Positions 9,033-19,009 of a stretch of DNA of 64,000 nt are shown here, piece by piece. Where the stretch lies: the NCBI GenBank assembly GCA_965203175.1, contig OZ241867.1:5600001-5664000 (forward strand), given 5' to 3'. The stretch is from Candidatus Latescibacterota bacterium. GTDB lineage: Bacteria > Latescibacterota > UBA2968 > UBA8231. Both the position numbers and the translations under genes were made by a program. The notes below the pieces were generated by a model. It ran no database searches, was not told the origin of the DNA, and saw only the letters and a list, made by a program, of their open reading frames with translations. Each line of letters opens with the position of its first letter. Within the stretch, counting starts at the first letter, position 1.

Positions 9033-9907
9033 TCCTTGACGCTCCCCAGCATGATCCCGCGCACGAAGTACTTCTGCACGAACGGATAGACCAAAAGCAT
9101 CGGCAGGATGGTAACGACCACGGTCGCTGCCTTAATCGTCTCGGGCGTGAACTCGGTGATGTTCGGATCGACCAACCCCTGTTCGATCAGCTCGATGCTG
9201 TTCTCGATGACAATCCGCTGCAAAAAGGTCTGCAAGACCTGGTTCTCGTCCGACGCAATATAGAGCATGGCGTCGAACCAGTGGTTCCAGTGCGCCACGG
9301 CCGTCCACAGCCCAATCGTCGCCAGCACCGGCTTGGAGAGAGGCACGTATATCCTAAAGAGAATATTGAACTCGCTGGCCCCGTCGATTTTGGCCGACTC
9401 GGCCAGGCTTTCGGGAATGGCCTGAAAGAAATTCTTGACTACGATGATGTTGAAGGCCGTTAGCATCTGCGGCAGCACCAGCGCCCATATTGAGTCGATC
9501 AGCCCCAGGTTCTTGACCAACAAGTAGTTGGGCACAATGCCGCCGCTAAAGAGCATGGTGAAAAGCACCAAGAACAGCAGCGGACTGCGGTGGGGCATTT
9601 CGCGTCGGGCCAGCGGATAGGCCGTCAGACAAGTAAAAAAGAGCGTCAGCGCCGTGCCCAAGACCGTGCGCAGGATCGAGTTGGTGAACCCCGTGACGAT
9701 CTCGGGATTGGACAGCACCATGCGGTACGAGGTCAGCGAAATATCCCGTGGGTAGAGATGTAGGCTCGCCCGCATGGCCTCGGCGGCACTGCTCAACGAC
9801 ATCGAGATCGTGTACACGAACGGATAGAGCGCCATTAGCCCGACCAAGCCCAACACCGTCAGGTTAAAGACGTTGAATACCTTCTCGCCTCGCGTGCGGC
9901 TTACCAT
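9029..9907 (-). CDS. Carbohydrate ABC transporter permease (LplC-like)
   Basis: EAA loop SLAESAKIDGAS, multiple TM helices, C-terminus YPFVQKYFVRGIMLGSVKE. Confidence 0.95.
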   Translation of the reverse strand: MVSRTRGEKVFNVFNLTVLGLVGLMALYPFVYTISMSLSSAAEAMRASLHLYPRDISLTSYRMVLSNPEIVTGFTNSILRTVLGTALTLFFTCLTAYPLARREMPHRSPLLFLVLFTMLFSGGIVPNYLLVKNLGLIDSIWALVLPQMLTAFNIIVVKNFFQAIPESLAESAKIDGASEFNILFRIYVPLSKPVLATIGLWTAVAHWNHWFDAMLYIASDENQVLQTFLQRIVIENSIELIEQGLVDPNITEFTPETIKAATVVVTILPMLLVYPFVQKYFVRGIMLGSVKE

Positions 9908-10806
9908 ATGCCCTGCTCCCCTCCGCTGAGCCGCCGGGCCAGTGAGTTAGCCAGCACCACCATCAACAAGCCGACCACCGACTTGAAAAGTCCGGCCCCA
10001 GTAGCCAGCCCAAAATCCATTAGCACGATTCGCCGCAAAACATAGGTATCGATAATGTCGGCCGCGTCGTACACCATGGGATTGTACATGTTGTAAATCT
10101 GGTCGAAGCCCGCGTTGAGCACGTGGCCGAGATTGAGGATGAAAAGCGTGATAATCGTCGGCACCAAACCCGGGATGGTGATGTGCAAGGTTTGCTTCCA
10201 GCGCCCGGCTCCATCGACGACAGCCGCCTCGTACAGGTCGGGGGAAATTCCAGCCAGTGCCGCCAAGTAGATCACCGCCCCATAGCCAGCCGCCTGCCAG
10301 ATCCCCGTGGCGATGACCACGACGATAAACCAGAAGTCATTGGTGAGGAACTCTATCGGGGAGACGCCGAAGAGCTGGGAAATCTGGTTAGCCGGGCCAC
10401 TCTGCGAGAAAATCATCAGGAAGATACCGCCCAAAATCACCCACGAGAGGAAATAGGGGATATAGGTCACCGTCTGCACGGTGCGCTTGTACCAGGAAAC
10501 GCGGATCTCGTTGAGCATCAGCGCCAGCGCGATCGGCGCGAAAAAGCCGAACAGCAAGCGCAATAAACTGATGGTGACCGTGTTGCGCAGGGCATTGGGA
10601 AAGTCCGCCCCGCCGAAGAGGCGAGAAAAATTCTCCAGCCCGCTCCACGCGCTGCCCAAGATACCAGCGCTCAGGCGAAATTCCTTAAAGGCGAGCACCA
10701 GCCCGAACATGGGTAGGTAATTGAAGAGGAGGAGAAAAGCCAGTCCCGGTGTCACCAACAGCAACAGGCCCTTGTGCCTGCGGTACTGCGTCAGTACTTC
10801 GCTCAT
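9901..10806 (-). CDS. Carbohydrate ABC transporter permease (LplB-like)
   Basis: LYEAAVVDGAGRW, IPYFLSWVI, DIIDTYV. Start set to ATG 10806 (SD GAGG). Confidence 0.95.
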   Translation of the reverse strand: MSEVLTQYRRHKGLLLLVTPGLAFLLLFNYLPMFGLVLAFKEFRLSAGILGSAWSGLENFSRLFGGADFPNALRNTVTISLLRLLFGFFAPIALALMLNEIRVSWYKRTVQTVTYIPYFLSWVILGGIFLMIFSQSGPANQISQLFGVSPIEFLTNDFWFIVVVIATGIWQAAGYGAVIYLAALAGISPDLYEAAVVDGAGRWKQTLHITIPGLVPTIITLFILNLGHVLNAGFDQIYNMYNPMVYDAADIIDTYVLRRIVLMDFGLATGAGLFKSVVGLLMVVLANSLARRLSGGEQGIW

Positions 10807-10870
10807 AGTATCCTCATTGACCAAGCAGTGCTTGACATCCTAGGCCCCTTTTTTTAGCTACACCTGCGCC

Positions 10871-11758
10871 ATGCAGCGCGCTTCCATCGAAAATTCAACC
10901 GCCTCGGCCCTACTCTGCGGCCCAGCCGTACTCCTCTACCTAGCCTTTTTCGCCCTGCCAACTCTGCTCGGGTTTGCCTACGGCCTGACCGACTGGTCTG
11001 GCTGGACCAAAGACCCCCGCTTTATCGGCTTGGACAACTTCCGCGAGCTGCTCGACGACGATCGCTTCTTCGCCGCTTTGCGCTTCACGCTCTTTGAGAC
11101 AGCCATGATCGTCGTCGGCTACACCTCGCTGTCGCTGGTCTTGGCCGTGCTCCTAGATCGCATGAAGGTCATGCGCGGCCTAGTGCGCGGCCTGTTTTTC
11201 TACCCGTTTATCCTCAGCATCCTCGTCAGCGCCCTACTCTTCCAATATCTGGCCAATTACCGCACTGGTGCCATAAACACCCTGCTGCGCGTCTTCGGGT
11301 TCGACGCGCTGGCCCAAGACTGGATGGGCGATCCAGCGCTGGTGCCCTATTTCATCCTCGCCTTGGTTCTCTGGCACGGCCTCGGCTTCTACACCACCAT
11401 CTTCCTCGCTGGGCTACAAACCATCCCCAACGAACTCTACGAGGCGGCGCAGATCGACGGAGCGGGCCCCTTGGCCACCTTCTACCGCGTCCAAATCCCA
11501 GTGCTCATGCCGATGATCAAGACCAACTCGGTCATCGCCCTGATCACCGGCATCAACCTCTTCCCGCAGATCTTGGTCACCACCCAAGGCGGCCCCGGCT
11601 ACCGCACGTTTACCGCTGGCTACTACATCTACTGGCTCGGCACGGAAAACGACCGCCAGGGCTATGCTTCGGCCATCGCCTTTGTCGTCTTCGCCTTCCT
11701 AGTCTTGGTCGCCGCCCTGCAAGTCGCCTTTTTCCAGCGCCGCGAGACCGACCTATGA
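10871..11758 (+). CDS. Sugar ABC transporter permease
   Basis: FIGLDNF, LYEAAQIDGAG. Confidence 0.95.
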   Translation: MQRASIENSTASALLCGPAVLLYLAFFALPTLLGFAYGLTDWSGWTKDPRFIGLDNFRELLDDDRFFAALRFTLFETAMIVVGYTSLSLVLAVLLDRMKVMRGLVRGLFFYPFILSILVSALLFQYLANYRTGAINTLLRVFGFDALAQDWMGDPALVPYFILALVLWHGLGFYTTIFLAGLQTIPNELYEAAQIDGAGPLATFYRVQIPVLMPMIKTNSVIALITGINLFPQILVTTQGGPGYRTFTAGYYIYWLGTENDRQGYASAIAFVVFAFLVLVAALQVAFFQRRETDL

Positions 11759-12573
11759 GACGCCGCCTGCCCCTATTCGAGATCGGCATGCTGCTCTTAG
11801 GGCTACTCTACGTGTCGCCCTGTTTTCTGGCGCTGCTCAACTCGTTCAAGACCCTGCCGGAAATCATCCGCTCGCCCGTGGCACCTCCCGAGGCACCGAC
11901 CCTCGAAAACTACCACTACATCTTCACCGGCATCAAGCTAGCCGCGCCGATGTTCAACAGCCTGCTGATGTGCGTTGCCGTCATCACCACCCTCATCGTC
12001 GTCGCCTCCATGGCTGCGTACTCCCTCACCCGCCGCCGCATGCGCACCGGCCATTTCTGGAGCATCTTCTTCCTCGCCGGCATCACCGTGCCGTTCCAAA
12101 TCCTCATGTTGCCGCTCTTGCGCCAATTCAACTACCTCGGCATCGGCTATACGTACTTTGCCCTCTGGCTGCACTACGTATCCTACGGCTTGCCCCTATG
12201 CCTGTTCATCTACAGCGGCTTCATGCGCTCCATCCCCCGCGACCTCGAAGAAGCGGCGCTGATCGACGGCTGCACGCCCTTTGGTACCTTCTGGCGCGTG
12301 ATCTTTCCGCTACTGACTCCCTGCACGGTGACGATCATCATCTTTTGGGGACTCTTTACCTGGAATGACTTTCCCCACGCATTCATCCTCATGGGCACCA
12401 ACAAGGGCGAACTGGCCTTTGTGCAGTTATGGCGCTTTCTCTCGGACAAGTACGTCAAGAACTGGAACTACATCTTTGCCGGCGTCGTGGTCTTGTCGCT
12501 GCCCGTCACTATACTCTATCTTGCCATGCAGCGCCGCTTTGTCAAAGGCCTAACTGCTGGTTCCATTCGCTGA
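11755..12573 (+). CDS. Sugar ABC transporter permease
   Basis: LEEAALIDGC, QRRFVKGLTAG. ATGA overlap with the upstream gene. Confidence 0.95.
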   Translation: MRRRLPLFEIGMLLLGLLYVSPCFLALLNSFKTLPEIIRSPVAPPEAPTLENYHYIFTGIKLAAPMFNSLLMCVAVITTLIVVASMAAYSLTRRRMRTGHFWSIFFLAGITVPFQILMLPLLRQFNYLGIGYTYFALWLHYVSYGLPLCLFIYSGFMRSIPRDLEEAALIDGCTPFGTFWRVIFPLLTPCTVTIIIFWGLFTWNDFPHAFILMGTNKGELAFVQLWRFLSDKYVKNWNYIFAGVVVLSLPVTILYLAMQRRFVKGLTAGSIR

Positions 12574-12585
12574 GGACTCCACCCC

Positions 12586-13887
12586 ATGCCCCTTGCCAAA
12601 TTCGCAACCTTTGCCCTCGCCGCTCTCCTCGCTTTCGGGGCCTGCGCCAGCGAGGAAGACGCCCGCGTCGTGCGCGTCACCCGCAATATCGGCGGCCGAC
12701 CCGGCTTCCAGGTCCACTGGGACATCTGGAAGGCCACCTTCGAGCGCCAAAATCCCGGCTGGACGGTGGAGTTGATCGACTTGGGCAACGAAGACGCCGG
12801 CGCGTACTACCGCCGCGCCATTGCCACCGGCGACTTGCCCCACGTGGTAATGACCCTCGACTACACCAAATTCCTAGCCAATGGCAACCACCTGCTCCCC
12901 ATTCCCCGCGCGCTCTACGACCGAGTGGGGCAAAACTTGCCGCCGTTGCACAACGGCCAGTACTACACGGCCCAAGTTGGCCGCCAGATCACTGGCATCG
13001 CCGTCAACAAGCGCATCTGGGCCGAAGCTGGCATTACCGAGCCGCCGCAGACTTGGGACACCTTTATCGCTGCCTTGCACGAGATAAAAGCCGCCGGGTA
13101 CAAACCCCTCGTCTATGGAGGCCGCGAGTGGTCGGCTGGGGTGCCTCTCTCCTACGCGATCCAAACCAACCTCTACGACCCAACCCGCCCAGCCGACGAG
13201 CCTTCCTGGACCGTGCGCCGAGACCGCGGCGAAATCACCTTCGCTACCGACCCGCTGATGCGTCCCATCATGGCAAACATGATCGCGCTGCTCGACAACT
13301 TCGTCGAGAAAGGCTCGCTGAGCGATGGGTACAACGAGGAGCAGCGCGACTTCTTCAACGAGCATGCCGCCACCTGGATGATGGGCTGCTGGATGAGCGG
13401 CGATGTAGAGCCGCTGCAGGTCGACTTTGAAATCGAGTACTGGCCCATTCCCTCCATGACCGGCCACCCGCCCCTCTTCATCAACACCTCCAACCAGCAG
13501 CGAGGCTGGTCTATGACCTCCAGCGCCCAAGGCATGTACTACGACAAAGCCCTCGCCGTGCTCGAGGCCTACTATCACCCAGCGGTCTATCAGGCGTATC
13601 TCAACGCCGAGGGCATGCTGCTCAACGCCACCCAAATCGAAGGCGTCGATGGCCCCAAAAGCACCTGGGGACCGACCCAGCGTCTCTTCGAGCGCATGCG
13701 CACCAACCTCGACCACTGGGGCTGGACGCCCGGCTACTTCATCTCGATTGAGGACTACCCTCCCACCGGCTTCGTCCACTCCTTAGCCCGTATCATGCAG
13801 GAAATCCAAGCCGGTAACCGCGACATGGACGCACTGCTCAAAATGCTCGACGACGACTGGGAGGCCGGGCGCAAGGGAAGCAAGTGA
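12586..13887 (+). CDS. ABC solute-binding lipoprotein
   Basis: Lipobox-like FGAC, PPQTWDTF, FFNEHAATWMMGCW. Confidence 0.9.
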   Translation: MPLAKFATFALAALLAFGACASEEDARVVRVTRNIGGRPGFQVHWDIWKATFERQNPGWTVELIDLGNEDAGAYYRRAIATGDLPHVVMTLDYTKFLANGNHLLPIPRALYDRVGQNLPPLHNGQYYTAQVGRQITGIAVNKRIWAEAGITEPPQTWDTFIAALHEIKAAGYKPLVYGGREWSAGVPLSYAIQTNLYDPTRPADEPSWTVRRDRGEITFATDPLMRPIMANMIALLDNFVEKGSLSDGYNEEQRDFFNEHAATWMMGCWMSGDVEPLQVDFEIEYWPIPSMTGHPPLFINTSNQQRGWSMTSSAQGMYYDKALAVLEAYYHPAVYQAYLNAEGMLLNATQIEGVDGPKSTWGPTQRLFERMRTNLDHWGWTPGYFISIEDYPPTGFVHSLARIMQEIQAGNRDMDALLKMLDDDWEAGRKGSK

Positions 13888-15782
13888 TGCGCTCTGCCCT
13901 CGAATGGACGCTGGCCATGGCGCTGTGCGTCGGCCACAACTTCATCGGGGTGCGCAGCTACATACTGCTCGACCACTACTCGGGCTACGCCGACCACTTC
14001 AACACCGTCGGTGTCATCTTCGCCCTGTTCTGGGTCGCGCTTACCGCTCTCCTGCTCGCGCTGATTCGTCCCTTCCTGCGGCTACCGACTTCGACTTTTG
14101 CCCTCATCTACGCCGCGCTGATGGTGGCCACAGTCATGCCAACCATGGGCTTTGGCGGCTATTTTATTCCCCTGCTCGCCGGCGTCTTCTACTACGCCAC
14201 CCCGGAAAACAACTGGCGCGAACTGCTCTGGGACCACATCCCCGACTGGGCTGCCCCACGCGACCTAGAGATGATTCGCAACCTCTTCGAGGGTGCCCCA
14301 GAAGGTGCGCCGCTGCCGTGGGACGCCTGGCTCGGCCCTTGTATCTTTTGGGGCCTCTTCATGGTCGCCTTCTTCTTGGTCAGCTTCTCGCTCATCGCCC
14401 TGCTGCACCATCAATGGGCGCGCGGCGAGCGCTTGGTCTATCCCTTGGCCGTAGTACCGACGGCCATGGTCGAAAGCGTGGAAAACCCGGCCAAGAGCCT
14501 TTTTAGGAACCCGCTGTTCTGGATCGGTTTTTTCATCGCCTGGATCATCCCGACTGTCAACATGCTCGACCAAGTGTTCGACTTTGAGACCATTCACAAC
14601 TTCGGCATTCCCTCCACGCGCATCTTTTTGCGCCGCATCGGCATCTCCTATGGGATCAACGTCAACTTCCTCGTCGTCGGCCTAGGCTACCTGCTCAACC
14701 TCAATGTCCTCTTGAGCGTCTGGCTCTTCCACATCCTCGTCTATCTCGAACACGGCCTGTTGGGCTTTTTCGGGGTTGGCGTCAACCTCCCTGCCCAGCC
14801 GCACCAGCAGGTCTCAGTGCTGATGTCGCACCAGCAGATGGGGGCGCTCATCTTCCTGATCGTCTCGTCGCTGTGGATGTCGCGCGACTTCCTCAAAGAC
14901 CAATGGCGCGCTATCGCCAGCGGCGCAAGAGGTCCGAACACCCACCTGCCCTCGCCGCGCACCTCAGCGCTGATGGGAGTCGTCGGCTTGGTCTATATGG
15001 CGTACTTCCTCCACGCTACCGGCCTTTCCCTCGGCTGGAGCTTGGCCTTTCTGCTGGTCGCGCTGTTGGTCTTTTTGGGCACTGCGCGCTTGTTGGTGCA
15101 GACCGGCTTGGGACGGCTGCGCGCGCCTCACTCTATCCCGCCGCTTTTTACCAACATCTTCGGCACAGCCTATTTCGGCGATAAGGGTCTCACCGCTATG
15201 GGGCTCAACATGGTCTGGGCCGCGGACGTGCAATTGTTCTTCATGGGCACTATGGCCCACGCCTTCAAGGTCTGCGAGGAGGTCAAGGAAAAGATCAGCG
15301 CCCGCAAGCTGCTGTTCTTCCTCGCCTCCGCCCTCGTCGTCAGCGCAGTCACCACCGTCGTGGTCTATATATGGCTGGGCTATCAGCACGGCATGATGCA
15401 CGGCTTCGGCTGGTACTACATCAACTCGCCGCTGAGCAAGTGGGGCTGGGTCGCCAAAACGGTCAACAATCCGCATCCGCCCCAACACCTGACTACCCTG
15501 TTCACCGGCATCGGCGCTGGACTCGCTGGACTGCTCTCCCTTGCCCAGCACCGCCTCGCCGGCTGGCCACTGCACCCGGTAGGGCTGGCCGTAGCCTTGA
15601 CCAATACTGTGCGCGGTGACTGGTTTGGAATGTTCCTCGCCTGGCTCGTTAAGTCGATTCTAATTAGCTACGGAGGGGTCATTCTCTACAGGAAAGTACG
15701 ACCGCTCTTTTTGGGGTTTATCATGGGGGCCTGCGTCGGCGTGGGCGGGTCGTCTTTGGTCTATTCGTTCTACTACTTCTAA
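13884..15782 (+). CDS. Polytopic membrane protein, DUF6785/DUF6784-like
   Basis: Many TM helices, YYATPENNW, QWARGERLVYPL, WPLHPVG. Paralogous to 57651-59591. Confidence 0.8.
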   Translation: MMRSALEWTLAMALCVGHNFIGVRSYILLDHYSGYADHFNTVGVIFALFWVALTALLLALIRPFLRLPTSTFALIYAALMVATVMPTMGFGGYFIPLLAGVFYYATPENNWRELLWDHIPDWAAPRDLEMIRNLFEGAPEGAPLPWDAWLGPCIFWGLFMVAFFLVSFSLIALLHHQWARGERLVYPLAVVPTAMVESVENPAKSLFRNPLFWIGFFIAWIIPTVNMLDQVFDFETIHNFGIPSTRIFLRRIGISYGINVNFLVVGLGYLLNLNVLLSVWLFHILVYLEHGLLGFFGVGVNLPAQPHQQVSVLMSHQQMGALIFLIVSSLWMSRDFLKDQWRAIASGARGPNTHLPSPRTSALMGVVGLVYMAYFLHATGLSLGWSLAFLLVALLVFLGTARLLVQTGLGRLRAPHSIPPLFTNIFGTAYFGDKGLTAMGLNMVWAADVQLFFMGTMAHAFKVCEEVKEKISARKLLFFLASALVVSAVTTVVVYIWLGYQHGMMHGFGWYYINSPLSKWGWVAKTVNNPHPPQHLTTLFTGIGAGLAGLLSLAQHRLAGWPLHPVGLAVALTNTVRGDWFGMFLAWLVKSILISYGGVILYRKVRPLFLGFIMGACVGVGGSSLVYSFYYF

Positions 15783-15973
15783 CCGCTCACCTGCTTGACT
15801 CGGCCGATTTCGCCGGTCTCCAAGCGCACCTTAATCCCGTGCGGGTGCGTCGCCGACTTGGTCAGAATATCCCGCACCACGCCCTCGGTCAGCCGACCCG
15901 TGCGCTGGTCCTGCTTTTGCACGATGGCAACGCGCATCCCACGCTCTACATCGGCCCGTCTCGTTCCGTTCAT
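15779..15973 (-). CDS. ywbE: YwbE/DUF2196-family small protein
   Basis: KQDQRTGRLTEGVVRDILTKSATHPHGIKVRLETGEIGRV. ATG at 15973 overlaps the upstream TGA. Confidence 0.85.
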   Translation of the reverse strand: MNGTRRADVERGMRVAIVQKQDQRTGRLTEGVVRDILTKSATHPHGIKVRLETGEIGRVKQVSG

Positions 15974-17787
15974 CCCCGATCCAACCACACTGGACTCAAC
16001 CACGCCCGGTGCCCATCCTGTTGTCGCAGCCGCAGATAGTAATAAGCCCACGCGCCCTCCGGCGCTGGCAATTCGGCCTCATCGATTTCCACGTCCCAAG
16101 CGTTGGGCGTGTCCTGCCATACGCACTGTCCGTTGGCAATGATCTCCACCCGCTCAATCGGCGCGGTCCCGTGCAGACTGGCGGAAAAATGCACCTGCTC
16201 GCCTGCCGCCAACGCGCCCTCCGCGCCTGAACGCACGCCGTTGACCGTATAGTCGCAGACAATCGGCACGCCCGAAGTCGCGTAGGTCCAGCGCTCGTCC
16301 ATCGCCTGCCACACGGCCTCGCGGGTCAACTCCGTCGCCCGGAAACAGGTCATGCCCACGTAGCCTCCCGGATTTTGCGTCGGATGTCCCTGATGGTTGT
16401 CGGTCCCAGCCACGAAACCCAAGCGCCAGCCTTGGGCGAAAGCATCCTGCACCGAAGCACCCAATTCCCCCATGCGAATACCCCAGTACTCGTCGAGCGC
16501 GTCGGCTTCAAAATTGCCCCGCCCTTGGACGATTTCCACCAACCTAGCTCGCTTGTTAGGGAATTCCCAGTGGTATTGAGACCAGTAAAACGTCTTGCCC
16601 ATGACCTCGCGGTGCTTGCCGTACTCGATGGGCTGTCCGCAGTTGGGATGGTGCGGCACCATGACCACATCATCGTCCCAAGTCACTTCCGAGGGACAAA
16701 GCTCCGGTTTCCAGTGCCAGGTACCGCCATCGACCTCCGGCGTGCGCAGATAGAGATTGGCGTGCCCGTACGCATTGGAGCTTTCCCACGCGGGAATCGT
16801 CACAAAGCGGCCCGGTTCGTAAAACTCCTCATTGACCGCCAAGCACTCGGCCCATCCGGGGCCAATTGGCGCGTGGTCCGTCATCGCGATCACGTCGAGA
16901 TTGAGAAAGTCGCGGGCATAGGCGTATGCCGCGCGCGGCTCCCGGTCGCCGTCCACTGAAAGCCGCGTGTGGAAGTGGATGCCGCCGAAGTAGTGGCCGC
17001 GCTCGCCGACTGCTTGCGTCGGACCGCTCTGAGCTTCTAAACCGCGCTCGACATCGCGCACCGTGATGCGGACCGGACCGTCGGCCTGCACTTTAACGCC
17101 CTCAACCACACCCCTCCCATCGGCACCAACTCCTACCTCATCGGGTAACCCGACAACCGCGCCATCGGCCTGCAAAGTCACCGTCCCCCGGTAGCTAGAT
17201 ATTGGATTAAGATGATCGTCCGTCGTGAAAACCACAGCCCTGCGCTTTCCCTCCGCATCCGCCGTAGCGGCGATCCTCCCTTCCAGCCGCGTCAAGGGAC
17301 CAGGGGCATTACTCAGCGGAATGGGAGCCCCCACCTTCTCGAAAACCTCAGCGTCGGGTCGCCGCACCCGCACCTGCAGAGCACCGCTTATATCCGCGTG
17401 CGGCGACGGCATCACGCCCAGAGGAAAGACCAGCCGCGCTCCCGCACTCAGCGATTTGGTAACTTGGATGGTACACAAATAGAGTTCGTTGAGCGGCCTT
17501 CCCACCAACCCACCGCCAGCCGGCCCGTCGCCACCCCGCGTCATATCGGTCCAGTCGCACGCCAACCCGTGCCCGATCACCACCACGCCCTCACCCCCTT
17601 CGACAAAAGGATCTTCAAGCGTCCACTTGCGGGAATAGGAATGGAACGTGCTGATCGAAACCCGCACATCGGCACCGGCTTCCAAGCCCGCCGGACAAGT
17701 AACGAACAGCCGCAAAGGCTTGACCTGCTGGTCTGTAGCGACGAATTCCGTCTGCCCTTCGTAGTGTATTTCTAATTGCTCGTACAT
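15970..17787 (-). CDS. PHP-like metallohydrolase (DUF3604-like)
   Basis: GIHFHTRLSVDG, MTDH, PHHP, GFVAGTDNH, ELTREAVWQAM, AWLSPVW. Confidence 0.8.
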   Translation of the reverse strand: MYEQLEIHYEGQTEFVATDQQVKPLRLFVTCPAGLEAGADVRVSISTFHSYSRKWTLEDPFVEGGEGVVVIGHGLACDWTDMTRGGDGPAGGGLVGRPLNELYLCTIQVTKSLSAGARLVFPLGVMPSPHADISGALQVRVRRPDAEVFEKVGAPIPLSNAPGPLTRLEGRIAATADAEGKRRAVVFTTDDHLNPISSYRGTVTLQADGAVVGLPDEVGVGADGRGVVEGVKVQADGPVRITVRDVERGLEAQSGPTQAVGERGHYFGGIHFHTRLSVDGDREPRAAYAYARDFLNLDVIAMTDHAPIGPGWAECLAVNEEFYEPGRFVTIPAWESSNAYGHANLYLRTPEVDGGTWHWKPELCPSEVTWDDDVVMVPHHPNCGQPIEYGKHREVMGKTFYWSQYHWEFPNKRARLVEIVQGRGNFEADALDEYWGIRMGELGASVQDAFAQGWRLGFVAGTDNHQGHPTQNPGGYVGMTCFRATELTREAVWQAMDERWTYATSGVPIVCDYTVNGVRSGAEGALAAGEQVHFSASLHGTAPIERVEIIANGQCVWQDTPNAWDVEIDEAELPAPEGAWAYYYLRLRQQDGHRAWLSPVWLDRG

Positions 17788-17807
17788 AGTTCAGTTCAAT
17801 TCCTCTC

Positions 17808-19004
17808 TTACCTCGTCGTGAGTTGGGCGATGGAACCTTCTTGGGTCAACGCATAGACCACTATATTGGTAGCGAGCATCAACTCAAAGTCGTTGCCTCG
17901 CCGCCAAGCACGACTCTCAATAGGGTCTATGCCGAACATCCGGCCCTGTATGAAGTAACCTACTAGGCCGTTAACTGTAGTCACGTTGGGTGGTCCTCCA
18001 GAGGGATTCATGCTAAGCAAGGTCCGGGACCGCAGACCTCCTTCTAGCTTAAAAAAGGCTCGATAGACGGGATGGTCGTCTGGCAATACCTCAGACCAGA
18101 AATCTTCCCCCTGTACCAAGCCACCGTGATGTTCTAAGCCACGAAAGATAACCTCTTGGCGCACCCCTCCCAAAAGGAATCCCCCTTCCATGAGGTATCG
18201 AACTACATTTTGCAATTCTTCCTCGCTTAGATTGCGGTATATCGGCTTGGCAATTAAGGAGAGTTCGAGGAGGCGATCATCGCCAAACGTGAGTTGATCG
18301 CCAACTTCCACTCGTAGGCTCGTGTATTCATTGAGTGCATCCGCCAACGCATCGACCGTCCGATTATTTGCAAAACCGGCTGGCTCCCAACCTAAATCAT
18401 TGCTTGAACATACACTGGCTAGCTTGACAACACTCTTGATCTCCTGCTGGGCGGCGACGCTAGGCTGATGCTGTCTGGGCTCTATACTGTGTACATCCGG
18501 CATCTCCAAGGAGAAATCTACTGGCGTCTCATATCTATCGGTTAGGTCGGTTGGATCTTCGATAGCTGATAGGCTCGGAGCTAAACCCATCCCTGTACGT
18601 ATCGCACTAGGAGGAACACGGGGAAGGAAAGATAGACTGCCTGCTACAGGTAGTTCCGACTGTTCAACGCCTTGGGTACGAGTATTAGCGCTATGCGAGC
18701 CGACACTGACCGGACTCGGCGGTGGTTCAGATGCCATCGATTGAGAAGAAGGCTCTTGCTCAAGGACAGGAGCTTGCTCGGCCACGACGGGTGTCTGGAC
18801 AAGCTTGATGGCTGGAGGACGGGGGGCTTGCTCGGCCGTCGGTCTAAATGGATCGAGCAGCACCAACCCGATCAGGAAGCCTACCGACAATCCAAAGCAA
18901 CGCCAGAAGCCACTGCGCAGGCCCCGCAACTTCACATCCATATCGAGGCCGATGGAAAAAGAGGAAAAACGGGGCGAATGGTTATTGAATTTCATCGGAG
19001 ACAA
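17808..19004 (-). CDS. DUF4159-domain protein with N-terminal TM anchor (start uncertain)
   Basis: YLMEGGFL, LPDDHPVYRAFF, TNIVVYALTQEGSIA. Homologous to 35444-36667. Confidence 0.75.
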   Translation of the reverse strand: MSPMKFNNHSPRFSSFSIGLDMDVKLRGLRSGFWRCFGLSVGFLIGLVLLDPFRPTAEQAPRPPAIKLVQTPVVAEQAPVLEQEPSSQSMASEPPPSPVSVGSHSANTRTQGVEQSELPVAGSLSFLPRVPPSAIRTGMGLAPSLSAIEDPTDLTDRYETPVDFSLEMPDVHSIEPRQHQPSVAAQQEIKSVVKLASVCSSNDLGWEPAGFANNRTVDALADALNEYTSLRVEVGDQLTFGDDRLLELSLIAKPIYRNLSEEELQNVVRYLMEGGFLLGGVRQEVIFRGLEHHGGLVQGEDFWSEVLPDDHPVYRAFFKLEGGLRSRTLLSMNPSGGPPNVTTVNGLVGYFIQGRMFGIDPIESRAWRRGNDFELMLATNIVVYALTQEGSIAQLTTR

Positions 19005-19009
19005 ACCTC

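Noticed and set aside
10832-10860. TTGACA-17-TAGCTA promoter
   Set aside because: The -10 element is too poor to call.
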